Assembly: GCF_006345805.1 (NCBI RefSeq)
Contig: NW_021830459.1
Location: forward strand, 1,183 to 65,182
From: Octopus sinensis
Taxonomy: Eukaryota
Length of the DNA: 64,000 bases
Direction: 5' to 3'
The notes under the pieces were generated by a model. It was given only the letters and a program-made list of their open reading frames with translations. It did no database searches and was not told the DNA's origin. The translations under genes and the position numbers were made by a program. This document shows positions 49,655-63,157 of the stretch, piece after piece. The stretch's first letter is position 1. Every line of letters starts with the position of its first letter.

Positions 49655-51376
49655 TGTGTGCATGCATGAATATGTATCTTTCATTGAGCTGATGAAGACT
49701 ACACAGTTGAAATCACGAAGTAGCCGCCATATTTTTTTTCTATTGAAAGGCATTGAGTGATCCTTCAACTTAGTATTCGGCTGTTTTTATAAGTAAATAT
49801 ACATAAACACCCCCAGATATACACACACATGCACACACAAGCACACCTACATATATGAGAGAGAAAGAGAGAGAGAGTGATAGAGATGGTGTCAGTTATA
49901 TATATATATATATACACACACACACATATATACATACATACCTATACATACATATAAACACGAGTGTGTGTGTGTATAGGCTAGCGCTTTTGGGGTAGAA
50001 TTCTCATAAGAAGCATTCCGACCTCTTTCTCCCATATAGGTGTACAGCCCAGCACCACATTATCCAATGCATCGATACACTTTTCAGAGTGTAAGTTCAA
50101 ATAATTTGACCGCTGCAAAGGATTTTGTAGATCATGAGCCTCTGGATCTCATCTTTTGACCTTCTCTGTCTATATATATGAATATATGTATGTATTTATA
50201 TACCCGGCTGCATATATGAAATATATTTTCCTTTTGTGTGTATGAGCCATGATATACTTTGGGAGGGGCGTACTATTTATAAACATTCGCGCTAGGTTTT
50301 GCTCACTTCAGTTTTAATCATATCATAGATGTTTCGCTCAACTATGAACTTTTCAATAATTTCTGTTGTTCAGCTGATTTACTTTTATGTTATCTATTTC
50401 GTTTTCATTCTGCCTTTTATATTATTTACTCCATATTCGCTTGTTTTAATTTTTCTACTGTCAAGATAAATACGTCTGCATGCAGCATGTAACTTGTGTG
50501 TATAAAAGTGTTTGTGATATTTTGAGTATAAGTGATTGTAATCTATATGAGTAGAGACGGGCTTCAGTTGATTTTGATCTTATATCAATGTGGCTGGTGG
50601 CAGATGCAGTGGCATTTTCAGAATGCACACTGCCTCTGTAACCTGTCGCAATGTAGAACTTTTAGATGTGTGGAAAGTACTTTTGTTTCAATATTGTTTA
50701 TTGATCCATAGTGATTTTGCATTGCATGTTGCTGAAATTCCTACACTAGCATTTCCTGCAGCCTTTGTGGTAAACTATAATCTTATATTAGTCGTTTATC
50801 AATCTGTTGGTTGTGCATACTCTGCAGTTGTCAGCGGATAGAGATGCTTTTCTAAAGGAATACCACTAATGGAAAACTGACTTGATGCACCTGCTTGGTT
50901 TTCAGGCTCCTTCAATTTCTACAGTGTTTTCCCAAATGTGTCGGTTTGCACTTTTCTGGATGTAGCATCTATGAATATTACACCTTTTAATTTGCTGCCA
51001 TACCAACCTCCTACTTTCTCTGACTAGTTCCTTTTCAGTTATAGCAACAGAACGAAATACTTCACAGACAAGAAATTTAGTGTTCGATCAATCTGGCAAG
51101 AAAAGAGTTAGATATGCTAATCGATCCATCGAGCTGATCATAACTTCTAGTATTTGCGGTTTTATACGCAGTATGTTCTTGGATCTTTGGCGAAGAGTCC
51201 AGCGTGGTGTGAAACGTTCGTACAGCTATTTGGTCTTTTCTGTCGACAAATAGATTGTACAGACGTATTATTTACAGTAGTTATAACACCATGTGTTGAC
51301 AATTTCACCGTTAGATAAGTTATAGTACATTATAGCGATGAAACCACACTTGACTATATATATACATATATATCTA

Positions 51377-51423
<47 letters not shown>

Positions 51424-51425
51424 AT

Positions 51426-51471
<46 letters not shown>

Positions 51472-51738
51472 CATATATATATGTATGTATATATATACAC
51501 ATATATGTATATATATATATATCTATATATATATATATATATAGGTATCTATATGTTTACACACACACATACATATGTACACATACTTGCTTATATACGA
51601 TAAAATTACAATACGACAAGATACACACAAACATACAAATATACAAATATGCATATATGCATACATACATACATGAATACATGCATATATCCATGCAAGC
51701 ATACATACATGCATACATACATAACATACGCACTCACA

Positions 51739-51772
<34 letters not shown>

Positions 51773-52263
51773 CATACCATCGGCTGATCCTAATTAGTTG
51801 TGTTGATTTGTCTAGAAACGATGTCGTATCATTTCGTAACAGAAGCAGATGTCTCTTCCGTTTTGCCGTTAGGTGTGAAGACACAAGTTAGTGTAGACAT
51901 GATTACATCGCCATTACTAGTGGACTGAACCTACTAACCCAATTATCTTACCATAGGCATTGTACAAGTTGCTGCGACACTTGGATACTTACGGCGTCAA
52001 CAAAATCAGCGACACTGGGGAGGCCGCCAGCCTGTTCGTTTCTCATGGCTTCGACATTTTTTTTATCTGTTTATCAAGTGAGCTGGTTTTCACACACGCG
52101 TGCGCGTCCCACCATCGCACCACCATCACAACCACTTGTAAGTGGATGTTTTGCATTGGGTTTTTCTTACAGATGAATCATTGGTCCTGTTGGAATAATT
52201 TCCATACCTAATTATTTTGTAGCAGAGGTTCTGAGTGAGAGGGGAAGATGTGAGACGACCACC

Positions 52264-52990
52264 TAAACTGGTCGTGCAAAAGTTTTCGGTCACCTTCCTT
52301 AAACCAATCAAGATACTGTGTTTTAAAATAGAAAAATGTCCAAAATGAAAATTTATTACGTAATGTTCATTTCTAGAAATTACTGTACATCATTGATATT
52401 TCGTGTGGCTTCCCTTAGCGTAAATAATTGCTTCAATATGCCTGGAAAGAGATGTATGCAAACCCTTCACCATCTTCACAGGTATGAGATGCCATTCTCT
52501 GTGGCTGAGCTCCCACAACTCTTCAAGTTTGGGTGGATTCTTCTGACGAACTCTTCTCTTTAGTTCTGTCCACATTTGCTCGATAATATTTAAGTCAGGT
52601 CTCTGAGCTGGCCAATTTTTAATACGGTAAACAGACTCTATTGTGTGATCTGTGAAATGGAGCTCCATGCGGAAAATTCTCACCTTCATCCAAGTCTGGT
52701 ATCAAAGTGTTCGTCAACAACAGGATGTATTTGGCACTCATCAAGTTACCGTCGATTTTAACCAACTTTCTAGAAACATCACTTTTTATGTATCTCCAAA
52801 CATCAGACTCTTACCCCAAACGTCACTCTTTTCGTCGTGTAACGCGGGTCGGCTCCCTTTCCTGGAGGCCTTCTGACAAATTCTTGATTATTGCACTCCG
52901 CACATGCACCAGAAAAATGGTTAACAATGTGTTATATCGGGGAGACGGTCTAGTAGTGCATTTATCTCTTACATCCGTTATAAGAGTGTG
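52264..52990 (-). mobile_element. Tc1/mariner-superfamily (Tc1-type) remnant: transposase C-terminal half and one TIR
   Basis: WPAQRPDLNIIEQMWTELKRRV..EWHLIP..IEAIIYAKGSHTKY, upstream out-of-frame LVKIDGNLMSAKY, and a TIR-like end ta-aactggtcgtgcaaaagttttcgg at 52264-52289. Confidence 0.85.
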
Positions 52991-53280
52991 ACCATCTTAG
53001 GGCAACACATTTAAGAGTTGTAGTAGAATGGACTCCAGTACTTGATCAGAGTACACTCGGATGAAGCTCCATGATTCAAATCGGTTTTATTACCAACTAT
53101 TTTTTAGCATAATAAGGATGATACCAAATAATATTGGCAGCAGAGACAGCTGTTAGATGGGATGCAGTGTTTTTTTGTAATAATTAATAAATAATAATTG
53201 ATGCAAATCAACTGTTGTTCATCAATATTATCTCAATTTTCTATTTTCTTCACACACACACACACACGTATACATATATA

Positions 53281-53341
<61 letters not shown>

Positions 53342-53485
53342 TGTGTATGTATGTATGTATGTATGTATGTATATTTCAAACAAAAATGAGTTTAAATTAA
53401 AGAGATATATTAATCTGGAGGTTACAGTGTTTCTTCTTAATTTGATTTCAGATGATAAATCTCCGTTCTCCTTATCATTATATAT

Positions 53486-54011
53486 TCTCTATATATAAAA
53501 CTGAAATGCGTTTTTACCGCTTGGTTCGCTTTCAATGCCACTACATCCCGTCCGATTCGATCCAAAATTTACAGGGACATGTAGAATGAGGTGACGATGC
53601 GCGTGGGCTACCTTAGAAATCCCTATCTTAAAAGGTGTGGTTGCTAGGGGCCATCTTCCTACCTCACCCTATTTCCTCCAGTACTCTGTCACTCCTCTTC
53701 ATTTGACAATGCAACTACCGTTATTCAATGTAAAGTCTTTCTCAAATCACTCTGTCGCTCTTTACTCTCTTCCAAGAACATTTTCACTCACTCTATCTCT
53801 TACCTTCCTATACATTTTACTCATGTATCTATCAGCGTTCATACACAGTAACAAATATTACATCGCCAGCCCCATCGCATTCTATTGTCTACCTGTCAAC
53901 ACACACACACGTATATATATACATATATCTAATATTATATTTTTATGTTTTTGTTTTTTTACTGTTTCATTTCCCTATTAGTGGTTTGATCTCTAATTTA
54001 ATTTCTACAGT

Positions 54012-54045
<34 letters not shown>

Positions 54046-57000
54046 CTATATGTGGCCCCAGTAGACCCGAATGAAATCGGGTTCTCTTCATCAAAATGTG
54101 AAAAGGGGTCTAGAATTATCATCGCCACAACTTATGTTTTTCCTAATGATAATTATCATCGCCACCACCAACACACAATCATGACAATCTTTCTCTTAAA
54201 ACAAATCATGTTTACATTGCAAAATATTTCATTTTCCCGTCCTCTCTTCATATATGTGACCCAGGTTTGGTGGCCGCACAACTACAATTAGACAACGGCT
54301 AAAAACATTCGATGTTGATAATGCCTGGATCGTTCCATTCAACCCTTTGCTTTCCAAAACATTTAATGCACACATTAATGTTGAGTACTGCAGTTCGGTG
54401 AGATGCATACAATACCTCTGCAAGTACATTAATAAGGGCGATGATATGGCCGTGTTTGTGTTCAGTGATGAATACCTTAGACATGACGAAATTAACAATT
54501 TGTTTTCGGTAGGTATGTATCCTCCATTATGCAGCGTGGCGCATTTTTGGATACGAGATTCATCTCTCAGCTCACCATCAGTTTCCACCTGAATGGTCAT
54601 TTACAGAAGAGACAGCTGCTTTACTTCACAGAGAAAAGCACGTCAAGTCATTGAAAATCCAAAAGGGACTACGCTTACAGCATTTTTTAAATTGTGTTCA
54701 GTTGATGAGTTTGCTGCTACTCTCATTTACCCTGAAGTACCGGAATATTACACATACAACAATAATAATTGGAAGCGCAGGTCACATGGAACAGAACTTG
54801 ACAATTGGCCAGGTCTTTCTAGGAAGAACGTCATTGGGCGTGTGTATAATATTCATCCTACCAAACAGGATATCTCTTTGAGAATGCTACTTCATGTAGT
54901 TACTGGACCGAAGTCTTTTGCTGATCTTCGCACGGATGATGGTATCATCTGCGCCACTTACAGGGAAGCATGTTTGAGGTGCGGACTTCTTCTCAATGAC
55001 GACCACTTACACAGGACATTAGCAGAGGCCTCAAATTGTAAACTGCCATGGCAAATGCGTCGATTGTTTTGTAGCATATTAATCCACTGTAATCCCAGCA
55101 CCCTTTTAACCTTCGGGAATCGTTCAGACAGAGCCTATCAAGGACATACAGGCTAATTTAGCGCTACGTGATGGCAACGACGATGTTTATAATGAGGCAT
55201 TAATCGACATGGACAGACACATCAGACGCTATGTTATACGCGGTTTAAGTGAATTCCATCTGCCAACACCTGTCCATCATGAAGCGCCTTTGGATGTTGA
55301 ATACATGTCAGAAAAAAACTACAACATTGCCGAATTGACGGAAACAAGTACGCGAGATGAACCAAGACTTTTGCCTGAACAAAGAGAGATTTATAATGAA
55401 ATTATTGACAGCGTTAGATTGAACCAAGGAAAGCTGTTCTTTTTGAATGCTCCAGGTGGTACTGGTAAAACTTTCGTTATCAATTTGATTCTCGCAAAGC
55501 TGCGCGCTGAACGTCGAATTGCCATTGCATGTGCTTCAAGTGGTATTGCAGCGACACTGCTTCAAGGCGGCCGCACGGCACATAGTGCATTCAAATTGCC
55601 CATGCACATTGGAAAGAAAGATAATCCTATATGTAATATAGATCGTAGTTCCTCAAGAGCAAGACTTCTTCGTGAATGCAGTCTTTTTATTTGGGATGAG
55701 GCTACAATGAGTAATAAGGCCATGTTTGAGGCTCTTGACAGAACTCTCCAAGATTTGCGTCACAATACAAAAATAATGGGTGGAGCTACGTTTCTCATGG
55801 CAGGAGATTTTCGACAAACTCTTCCTGTTGTCCGAGCAGGCACTAGAGCCGATGAGGTTAATGCATGTATAAAGCATTCTTATGTGTGGCACAGTGTATC
55901 AGTCGCCATCTTCAAACAAACATGAGAGTCCACCTACATGGTGATGTGGAGTCTGAGGCTTTCGCAAAACACCTATTAGATCTTGGTGATGGAGTTTTGC
56001 CTTTCGTTGATGATGAGCATATTCGGTTGCCTTTTGGGAATTTCGTTCCAAATGTAGAAGAACTTATAAGAGCCGTTTTACCTGATTCGAAACCAACTTC
56101 CAGGATCTCGATTGGCTAAGAGCAAGAGCTATTCTATCGCCTCATAATACAACCGCTGATGCTAAAATAAACAGTACTTGATATGAATCCTGGTGAGATA
56201 GTTTCTTTCATGTCCATCGATACAAATAAAGATGAGAATGATGCAGTCAAATATCCACCCGAGCTACTCAACAAGCTAACACCTCCGGGACTTCCACCTC
56301 ATCATTTGTGTTTGAAAGTTGGTGCTCCAATCATAGTGCTCAGAAATATGGAAACGCCTGAAATATGCAATGAACCCGAATGGTTATTAGGAGGATTCAA
56401 AGCCATGTTATAACTGCTGAAATTTTGAGTGGACCATTTGTAGGAACAATCTAAATGATACATAAAATGAGTATTTCACCCTCTGATGTTCCCATTCAGT
56501 TTAAACGCTTTCAATTTCCGATAAAACTATGCTTCTTCGCGATGACAATCAACAGGTCACAGGGACAATCACTGGACATTGTAGGCATTAACCTGTCACA
56601 ACCGGTTGTCAGTCATGGTCAATTGTACGTAGCCTGTTCTCCAGTTGGAAATCCACATAAACTCTTCATTCTTGGCAATCATGAGCGCACAAGGAACGTG
56701 GTTTATCAGGAGGCTCTGACAAAGAAAACTGATTGTAAGTCATGAAATTTTGCTTGATTTTTATTTTGCACCTCTTCATTATCTCTTCATTCTTGAAAAT
56801 AAAGACATTAAAAGGAACATGGTTCATAAAGAACGTTGGGTTCAGATGTTTGCAAACATTTGATCCAACTCATTCTCTTTATTCCTCATTTTCCGATTCT
56901 TCTACGTCTCATTAAACGGTTTTGTCAAGTTATTGTTTTCTTCTTCGCTACATAAGACATTCATAAAGTGAATGAGTTGTTAATTACATTTTATACACTA

Positions 57001-57691
57001 TTCCATTGTTTAGGTGGTGTCGAAAGGACTGGCATGTGTCACCATATAAACTCCCTCAGTCAAACTCCCAACTCATGAGTTCACATCGGGATACTCTTTC
57101 TACAAAACTGAGCTGGGTGTGAATTCTAATTTCATTCACTATTACAGATGTTTTAATTTTTGAAACAAACACATTGCCTCTTTCGTTTTAAAACAATAAA
57201 ACAATACTACCTTAATACATTGGTCCAACAAACAAAACATCCAACACTCTCATTCTTTTATGTATCTGTCTTCCTCCATCACTCACTCACTTTTCTCCTT
57301 TCCTTTCACTTTCTATCTATAACGTCGTTTCACAGCGTCTACCTACCTTACATTCACTTTCTCTTTATAACGTCGTTTCACAGCGTCCGCTATCCCCCCT
57401 CCCTGCCTTCCACAGCGCTTTCACACACTCTCACTCTCTACGTCTGTCTGCATTCATAGAGAGAATTATCATCGCCACCACAACCACTCAATCATGACAA
57501 CAAATATTATGAATCAGATATTTATTGGGTTCATTTATATGTGTGTGTGTATCTATAAATATGTATATATAATAATTTTTATATATACAAAGTGCATATA
57601 TCTGTATTTATATATATATATATAATTTGTATACATTTATATATATATACCACACTCTTACCCGCGCGTAGAGCGGGTCACCTTCAGCTAG
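53486..57691 (+). mobile_element. Helitron, internally deleted, ~4.2 kb
   Basis: 5' end TCTCTATATATAAAA (exact start 53486 or 53488; the canonical preceding A is absent). 3' hairpin acccgc-gcgtaga-gcgggt at 57660-57678, then CTAG at 57688-57691 followed by T. RepHel coding remnant inside. Confidence 0.9.
54260..56745 (+). pseudogene. Helitron Rep/PIF1-like helicase (RepHel) pseudogene, N-terminus missing, several frameshifts
   Basis: Rep Y2 motif NAHINVEYC..IQYLCKYINKG, AAWRIFGYEIH, and SF1B helicase motifs FLNAPGGTGKT, ASSGIAATLLQGGRTAHS, IWDEATM, AGDFRQTLPVV, GLPPHHLCLKVGAPIIVLRN, AMTINRSQGQS, HGQLYVA, split over six ORFs. Confidence 0.95.
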
Positions 57692-58030
57692 TATATATAT
57701 ATATATATATTATATATATATATATATATACATCTTTATCTGTATATTTACCTTCTCTGGAATGTTACTAATTGATTTGAGAACTTTATATTATTGGAAA
57801 ACCTATATGAAATTAGTTGAAGATTACTTGACATATTATATCTGCTGTAATATTTACAGCCTTTAATAAAAAGTTATAGTATGAAACAATTTTACTAAAT
57901 TACCGGATCCATTCTTGTAGCTTATTTTTGATTATAATCACCCCGTATATTTTTATGGGTAACCCCATAAAAAATTCTGGTGCATCTAAATTAAGTACCA
58001 TATTCATTTGAATCTAAATTGTTTGCTGAA

Positions 58031-58088
<58 letters not shown>

Positions 58089-58089
58089 G

Positions 58090-58136
<47 letters not shown>

Positions 58137-58138
<2 letters not shown>

Positions 58139-58231
58139 CACCTGTCCAAGGGGTCATGCAGTGGTACTGAACTCAGAACCATGTGGTTGGGAAGCAAACT
58201 TCTTACCACACAGCCACGCCTGCGCCTATAT
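58137..58231 (-). mobile_element. SINE C head only
   Basis: Homology to the family C 5' end. Confidence 0.75.
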
Positions 58232-58329
58232 ATATATATATACATACATATATACATACGTATGTGTGTATTATATTTTGTTTTTCATATATTTTTAGGG
58301 GGAGAAAGAGAGAAAGAGAGAAAAATATG

Positions 58330-59156
58330 GAGAAGTGACGCAATCCCAGAGGCACAATCAGTGCGTGACCTGGGCATTTACATGAGTGATGACGCAACCT
58401 TTCATGTACATGTTGCTAAATTGGCACTGAAATGTAGACGGCTGGCCGGATGGATTCTTAGAACCTTTAGAACAAGAGAACAAGAAACCATGATGGTCCT
58501 CTGGAGGACACTTGTCCTAAGCCACTTTGACTATTGCTCTCAGCTATGGTCACCATCCAGTGTCAAGTTGATCACAGAACTTGAGGCAATCCAACGAAGC
58601 TACACGAAGATAGCCTCTGTGCAGCATATAAGCTACTGGGAAAGGCTCAAGAGATTAAAACTCTATTCCTTGGAGCGTAGGCGAGAAAGATATGCCATAA
58701 TATGCATTTGGAAGATACTGGAAGGACTTGTCCCAAACTTTGGCATCGAGAGTTACACAAATGCCAGAACTGGGCGCCACTGCGTGGTGCCTAGGACTCC
58801 AAATTTACCATCAAGATGTAGGACAAGATACTGTGATAGCCTGGGCTTCAGAGGCCCACAGCTCTTCAATATCCTCCCGAAGAACCTGGGGGACCTGCAT
58901 GGGGTGGATGCGGATGTCTTTAAAGTAGGACTGGATCTCTTCCTGTCAGGTGTCCCGGATGAACCAACTTCACGGTAGGAGGTGCAGATGAGGGCAGCTG
59001 CATCGAACTCTCTCATGCACCAAATGGCAGTTGCTAAAAAGCATTCGTGAAGTAAAATCATGTAGCAACACCAAATGGCGGTGCCCCAGCATGGCCACAG
59101 CTCGTGATCTGAAACTAGATAAGATAAGATAAGATAAGATAAGATGAGATAAGATA
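58330..59156 (+). mobile_element. 5'-truncated CR1-group LINE: ORF2 C-terminus, 3' UTR and (GATAA)n tail
   Basis: VRDLGI..WILRTF..LVLSHFDYCSQLWSP..YWERLKRLKLYSLERRRER..GPQLFNILP..LDLFLSGVPDEP; tail at 59117-59156. Confidence 0.9.
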
Positions 59157-59565
59157 CAAAAATACATGTGTATATATTTTAATTGATCTGTCGTTAGCAA
59201 ACATCTGGAAAGACATTTAAAAAATGTAAAATTAACGTCCACAATGCTTTTCTTAGAAATTGTCACAACTCAGTAATACAAGATTCATTAAATTGTTTTA
59301 TGTCACATAATTCTATCCGGCGCCACATATATAATTATTGTATAATTATTGTATAATTATTATATAATTATTATATATGCGTTGTCCCCCACCGTCTAGA
59401 ATGTGTTTTTATCTACTCAAGATGTTTCTCTAATCATAATCTTAACAATCAGACGCAATCACATTAAAAAAAAACACACACACAAGAAGTCGAGAAAAAA
59501 TCGAATTTCCTTTATTTGTTAATAATGAAAATTATTTTATATCACAATGCACCATTTATTCAATA

Positions 59566-59963
59566 CTAGCAGTATCGTCCGGCGTTGCTCGGGTTTGTAA
59601 GGGAAATAACTATATAAGCATTTTTAGAGATGTAAAGTATAATAGCCATCTCAATATGGCTAACCACAAAAGGATGGGGTGTTACTGTAGCTTTTTACGT
59701 TCTGAGATTTAATAATATATTTTTAGAGAGTTACTTCCCTTATATATGCCAAAAATGCATTAAAAATGGGAAAAATTGATGGTAATTTTTTTTTTTAATC
59801 GTAGACTCATCGTAGACGCGCGCTAATACCCAGAAGGGCTCGATATGAATCACGACTATAAGATACCCGGTTTTGGTTAAACTGCACCGCAAAATGTGGG
59901 AGTAGTTAGGAATCTAAATCGTAGGAGACAGACAGCACACAACCTCACTTTTATATATAAAGA
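59566..59963 (-). mobile_element. Non-autonomous Helitron, 398 bp
   Basis: Minus strand: A|TCTTTATATATAAAAG ... cccg-agcaacgc-cgga hairpin ... CTAG|T; canonical A/T insertion site. Confidence 0.85.
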
Positions 59964-60050
59964 TTATCACATTTTGAGATTTTGCTTTCTTGCATGCATA
60001 TTTATGTTTTCTTTGCATAGATAGATGAATGTTTGAGGGCATGCTCTATG

Positions 60051-60084
<34 letters not shown>

Positions 60085-60384
60085 TGTATGTATGCATGCA
60101 TGTATGTATGTATGTATGTATGTATGTATGCATGCATGTATGTATGTATGTATGTATGTATGTATGTATGTACGTTTGTACGTATGTATGAGTCTATGTA
60201 TGTAGGTAACCATGTCTCTAAGTGTATATTTGCATGTAGCTTCCTTTTAGAGTTCGAGTGTATATGTGTGCTGTGTGTGTATGTGTGTGTGTTTATCTCT
60301 GTGTGCGTATGTGTGTGTGTGTATGTATGTCTTTGCTTGCAAAATGTGATTATGTGAATTTTGCTGTTTTTGTTTTCTCTGAAG

Positions 60385-61760
60385 GCCGACCAGGTCATGA
60401 TTATCTGAATGGCAACGCCTGGAAAATACCTTTAATGATGTTTCACATTATAGACACACTTTGAGCACCTGTGACAAAGAAGAGTTACTGTCTGCAGATA
60501 TATACACGAGTGTAGCTGGTTTATCTGAAATTAACTGGAGGTATTTCTCAAGGAACCTTTTAAATGCTATGTGATCTTTTTTTTTCCCTTATGCATCTTG
60601 GCATAATGTTATAGAGAGCAGAGCCAGTTGAGGTAAAATATTTCAGTGTTTGCGATGTGACGTGAACAGGTTTTTCGCAGAGGACGTATGGCACAGGATT
60701 CAAGCGTTGTGCAAATTTTAAGATGCCAACTGCATTTGGACAATTTTGAAATATTTTCCACCTCAAACAAATCCCTCAGCGCTACGGTGGCGATGTGGGC
60801 GATGGAGGAAATAAAGTCTGAACTTCTCGATTTCAATAATCAAAACCCACCGTATCGTCTATTTTATTTTATCCTGTGATTGATCTCCTTAGTGCTTCAG
60901 TTTTCAATATATTTTGTTTCGTGTAGGTAGATCACGGCGTACAACAGTATTTAAGGCGGCGAGCTGGCAGAAACGTTAGCACGCCGGGCGAAATGCGTAG
61001 CCGCATTTCGTCTGCCGTTACGTTCTGAGTTCAAATTCCGCCGAGGTCGACTTTGCCTTTCATCCTTTTGGGGTCGATTAAATAAGTACCAGTTACGCAC
61101 TGGGGTCGATATAATCGACTTAATTCGTTTGTCTGTCCTTGTTTGTCCTCTCTGTGTTTAGCCCCTTGTAGGTAGTATAGAAATAAGTATTTAAGACGAG
61201 AGGAAAAGGATAATATAGTATCCTTTCTAGACCGGAAAGTTCTGAGGGTTCAGGAGCACGGCATGTGGGCCAGATGAACTTTGCTATTTTTGTGGGCAAT
61301 CCAGTTGTTGTCATCAGTTACTCTGAGATCCTTCGTCATGCTTGATGCCCTGAGAGGTCCATCTGAGATAAATGTATATGGTAGCCTCTTTACCGAAGTG
61401 GATTAATTCAAAATTTATCTTCGCTTAGCTGCATATTGTGTTTTTCTTGCCATTGGATGATAGTGATCAAATCCAATTGGAGATTTGTTCGATTTCTTTC
61501 TCTGTCGACAATTTTCAGAAGCTTAGAGTTACACACGAAAATTCTAACGTTGCTGTGTTTAATGATTTCAATGATGTAAATAATGAAAACGATTGGGCCC
61601 AATACAGTCTTTTGTAGGTCTCCATTGATAACTCTTGCTGAGCTTGATTGAATACCGTCGATCACCAAATGCTGTATTCAGTTCACCAGAAATAATTCAA
61701 TCCACTTGAATACTTTCCTCCAGATTCCAATGTTGGACAGTTTTTTTAAGAAGATGCGTT
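60385..61760 (-). mobile_element. Decayed CR1-group LINE (RT through C-terminus) interrupted by SINE B
   Basis: KKLSNIGIWRKVFKWIELFL, SSARVINGDLQKTVLGP, WKIFQNCPNAVGI, YFTSTGSALYNIMP..FKRFLEKYLQLISDKP. Confidence 0.8.
60956..61185 (+). mobile_element. SINE B monomer nested in the CR1-group LINE
   Basis: TSD agtatttaag at 60946-60955 and 61186-61195. Confidence 0.92.
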
Positions 61761-62519
61761 GATGATGGAAACCCCATCTCTACTAATTCCTCTAAACACA
61801 TCTTTGGGCCATAAAATCATCATCACTTTCTACCATTATATCTACACACCCCAGCCACCACGACAGCCACCACCAGTTGCTCATATGTAAATGGTAAATG
61901 TATTTTAGAAGCTCCGGCGAAGCCATAAGGCGATGCGCAAGCTCTCAGCTTTGACTGCAATGCATCTCATTGCAGAAACAGCCGTAAGCTAATGAAGTGC
62001 AATGCATAATAATCTTCGTCCTTTGTCATATACATGTTTGCTATAGGTCGATCCGGAAGTTGGTGTAGATAAGGTCTTTGGAATATCGGTTAATACTGCT
62101 ATACCAATCGTATCATTCCATTTTCTCATCTTTTAGCTATTTAAACCTTAGAGATGTCATTTCATTGCAATATATAAATTGTATAAATACTTGCCAGTGT
62201 TAAGTCTACAGAGCCACTGCTTCTTACTTATTGTCAATAGCTCTTTGTTGAAATTCTAGTTTTATTCCAATGCCTACCGTTGGTTCTATTTGATGAGAGA
62301 TGATGGCAGTTGATTATTGAATGTTATGGAAGAATACAAAAGATCAGAGTAATAATGCCACTAAACATTCGGAGTAGAGAAATGGTTTTGAAATAACAGT
62401 CCTTTCTCGTTCAAATAATGTATCTAGTTCTCAATAGACATTCATCCAGAAGAATATGACACCGATGCCTTTATTTACCACAAAATTCTAAACGAATAAC
62501 AAGGAGCGGATATGTGTGT

Positions 62520-62522
62520 ATG

Positions 62523-62576
<54 letters not shown>

Positions 62577-62631
62577 AAAAGAGAGAGTGAAAGAGAGAGA
62601 AAGAGAAAGAAAGAGAAAGAAAGAGAGAGAC

Positions 62632-62662
<31 letters not shown>

Positions 62663-62795
62663 AAGAGAGAGAAAGAGAGAGGGAGAAAGAGAGAGGGAGA
62701 AAGAGAAAGAAAAAGACAGAGAGATAGAAAGAGAGAGAAAGAGAGAGGGAGAAAGAGAAAGAAAAAGACAGAGAGAGAGAGAAAGAGAGAGAAAG

Positions 62796-62826
<31 letters not shown>

Positions 62827-62895
62827 AAGAGAGAGAGGGAGAGAAAGAGAGAGAAAGAGAAAGAAAGAGAGAGAAAGAGAGAGGGAGAGAAAGCG
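62520..62895. repeat. Pure-purine (GA)/(GAAA) tract
   Basis: Directly visible; source of the RE-rich and SL-rich ORFs. Confidence 0.95.
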
Positions 62896-63157
62896 AAAGT
62901 TATGAATGTATATGTGTGTACTATAACATGGTGTACTACAGGGCTAACAATGGTTCTATTGTTGGTAAAAGAGATAAATGGAGTCAAATTACGTTAGGTT
63001 GCACGATCCGATCTATGAATCAATGAATGATTAACTGTATTGACCTTTCGCCAAATAATCAGCTTACTATTTACAACAGCCGGGTGAAATGATGCAATGT
63101 TCAATAAAATATTGTGTACAGCAACACCAAAGAAGCAGCGGATTCCTGGAATTGAAA

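Noticed and set aside
50500-51330. Possible pogo/Tigger or piggyBac transposase remnant
   Set aside because: Only a faint resemblance (LYPLTTAEYAQPTD versus FLPPNTTS.LQP.D); too many stops and no TIR, so not supportable without a search.
54260-56745. Host PIF1 helicase gene
   Set aside because: Intron-less, frameshifted, fused to a Rep Y2 motif and enclosed by Helitron termini.
58181-58978. 265-aa ORF as a host gene
   Set aside because: Chimeric frame: SINE C head plus microsatellite fused to a 5'-truncated CR1-group ORF2.
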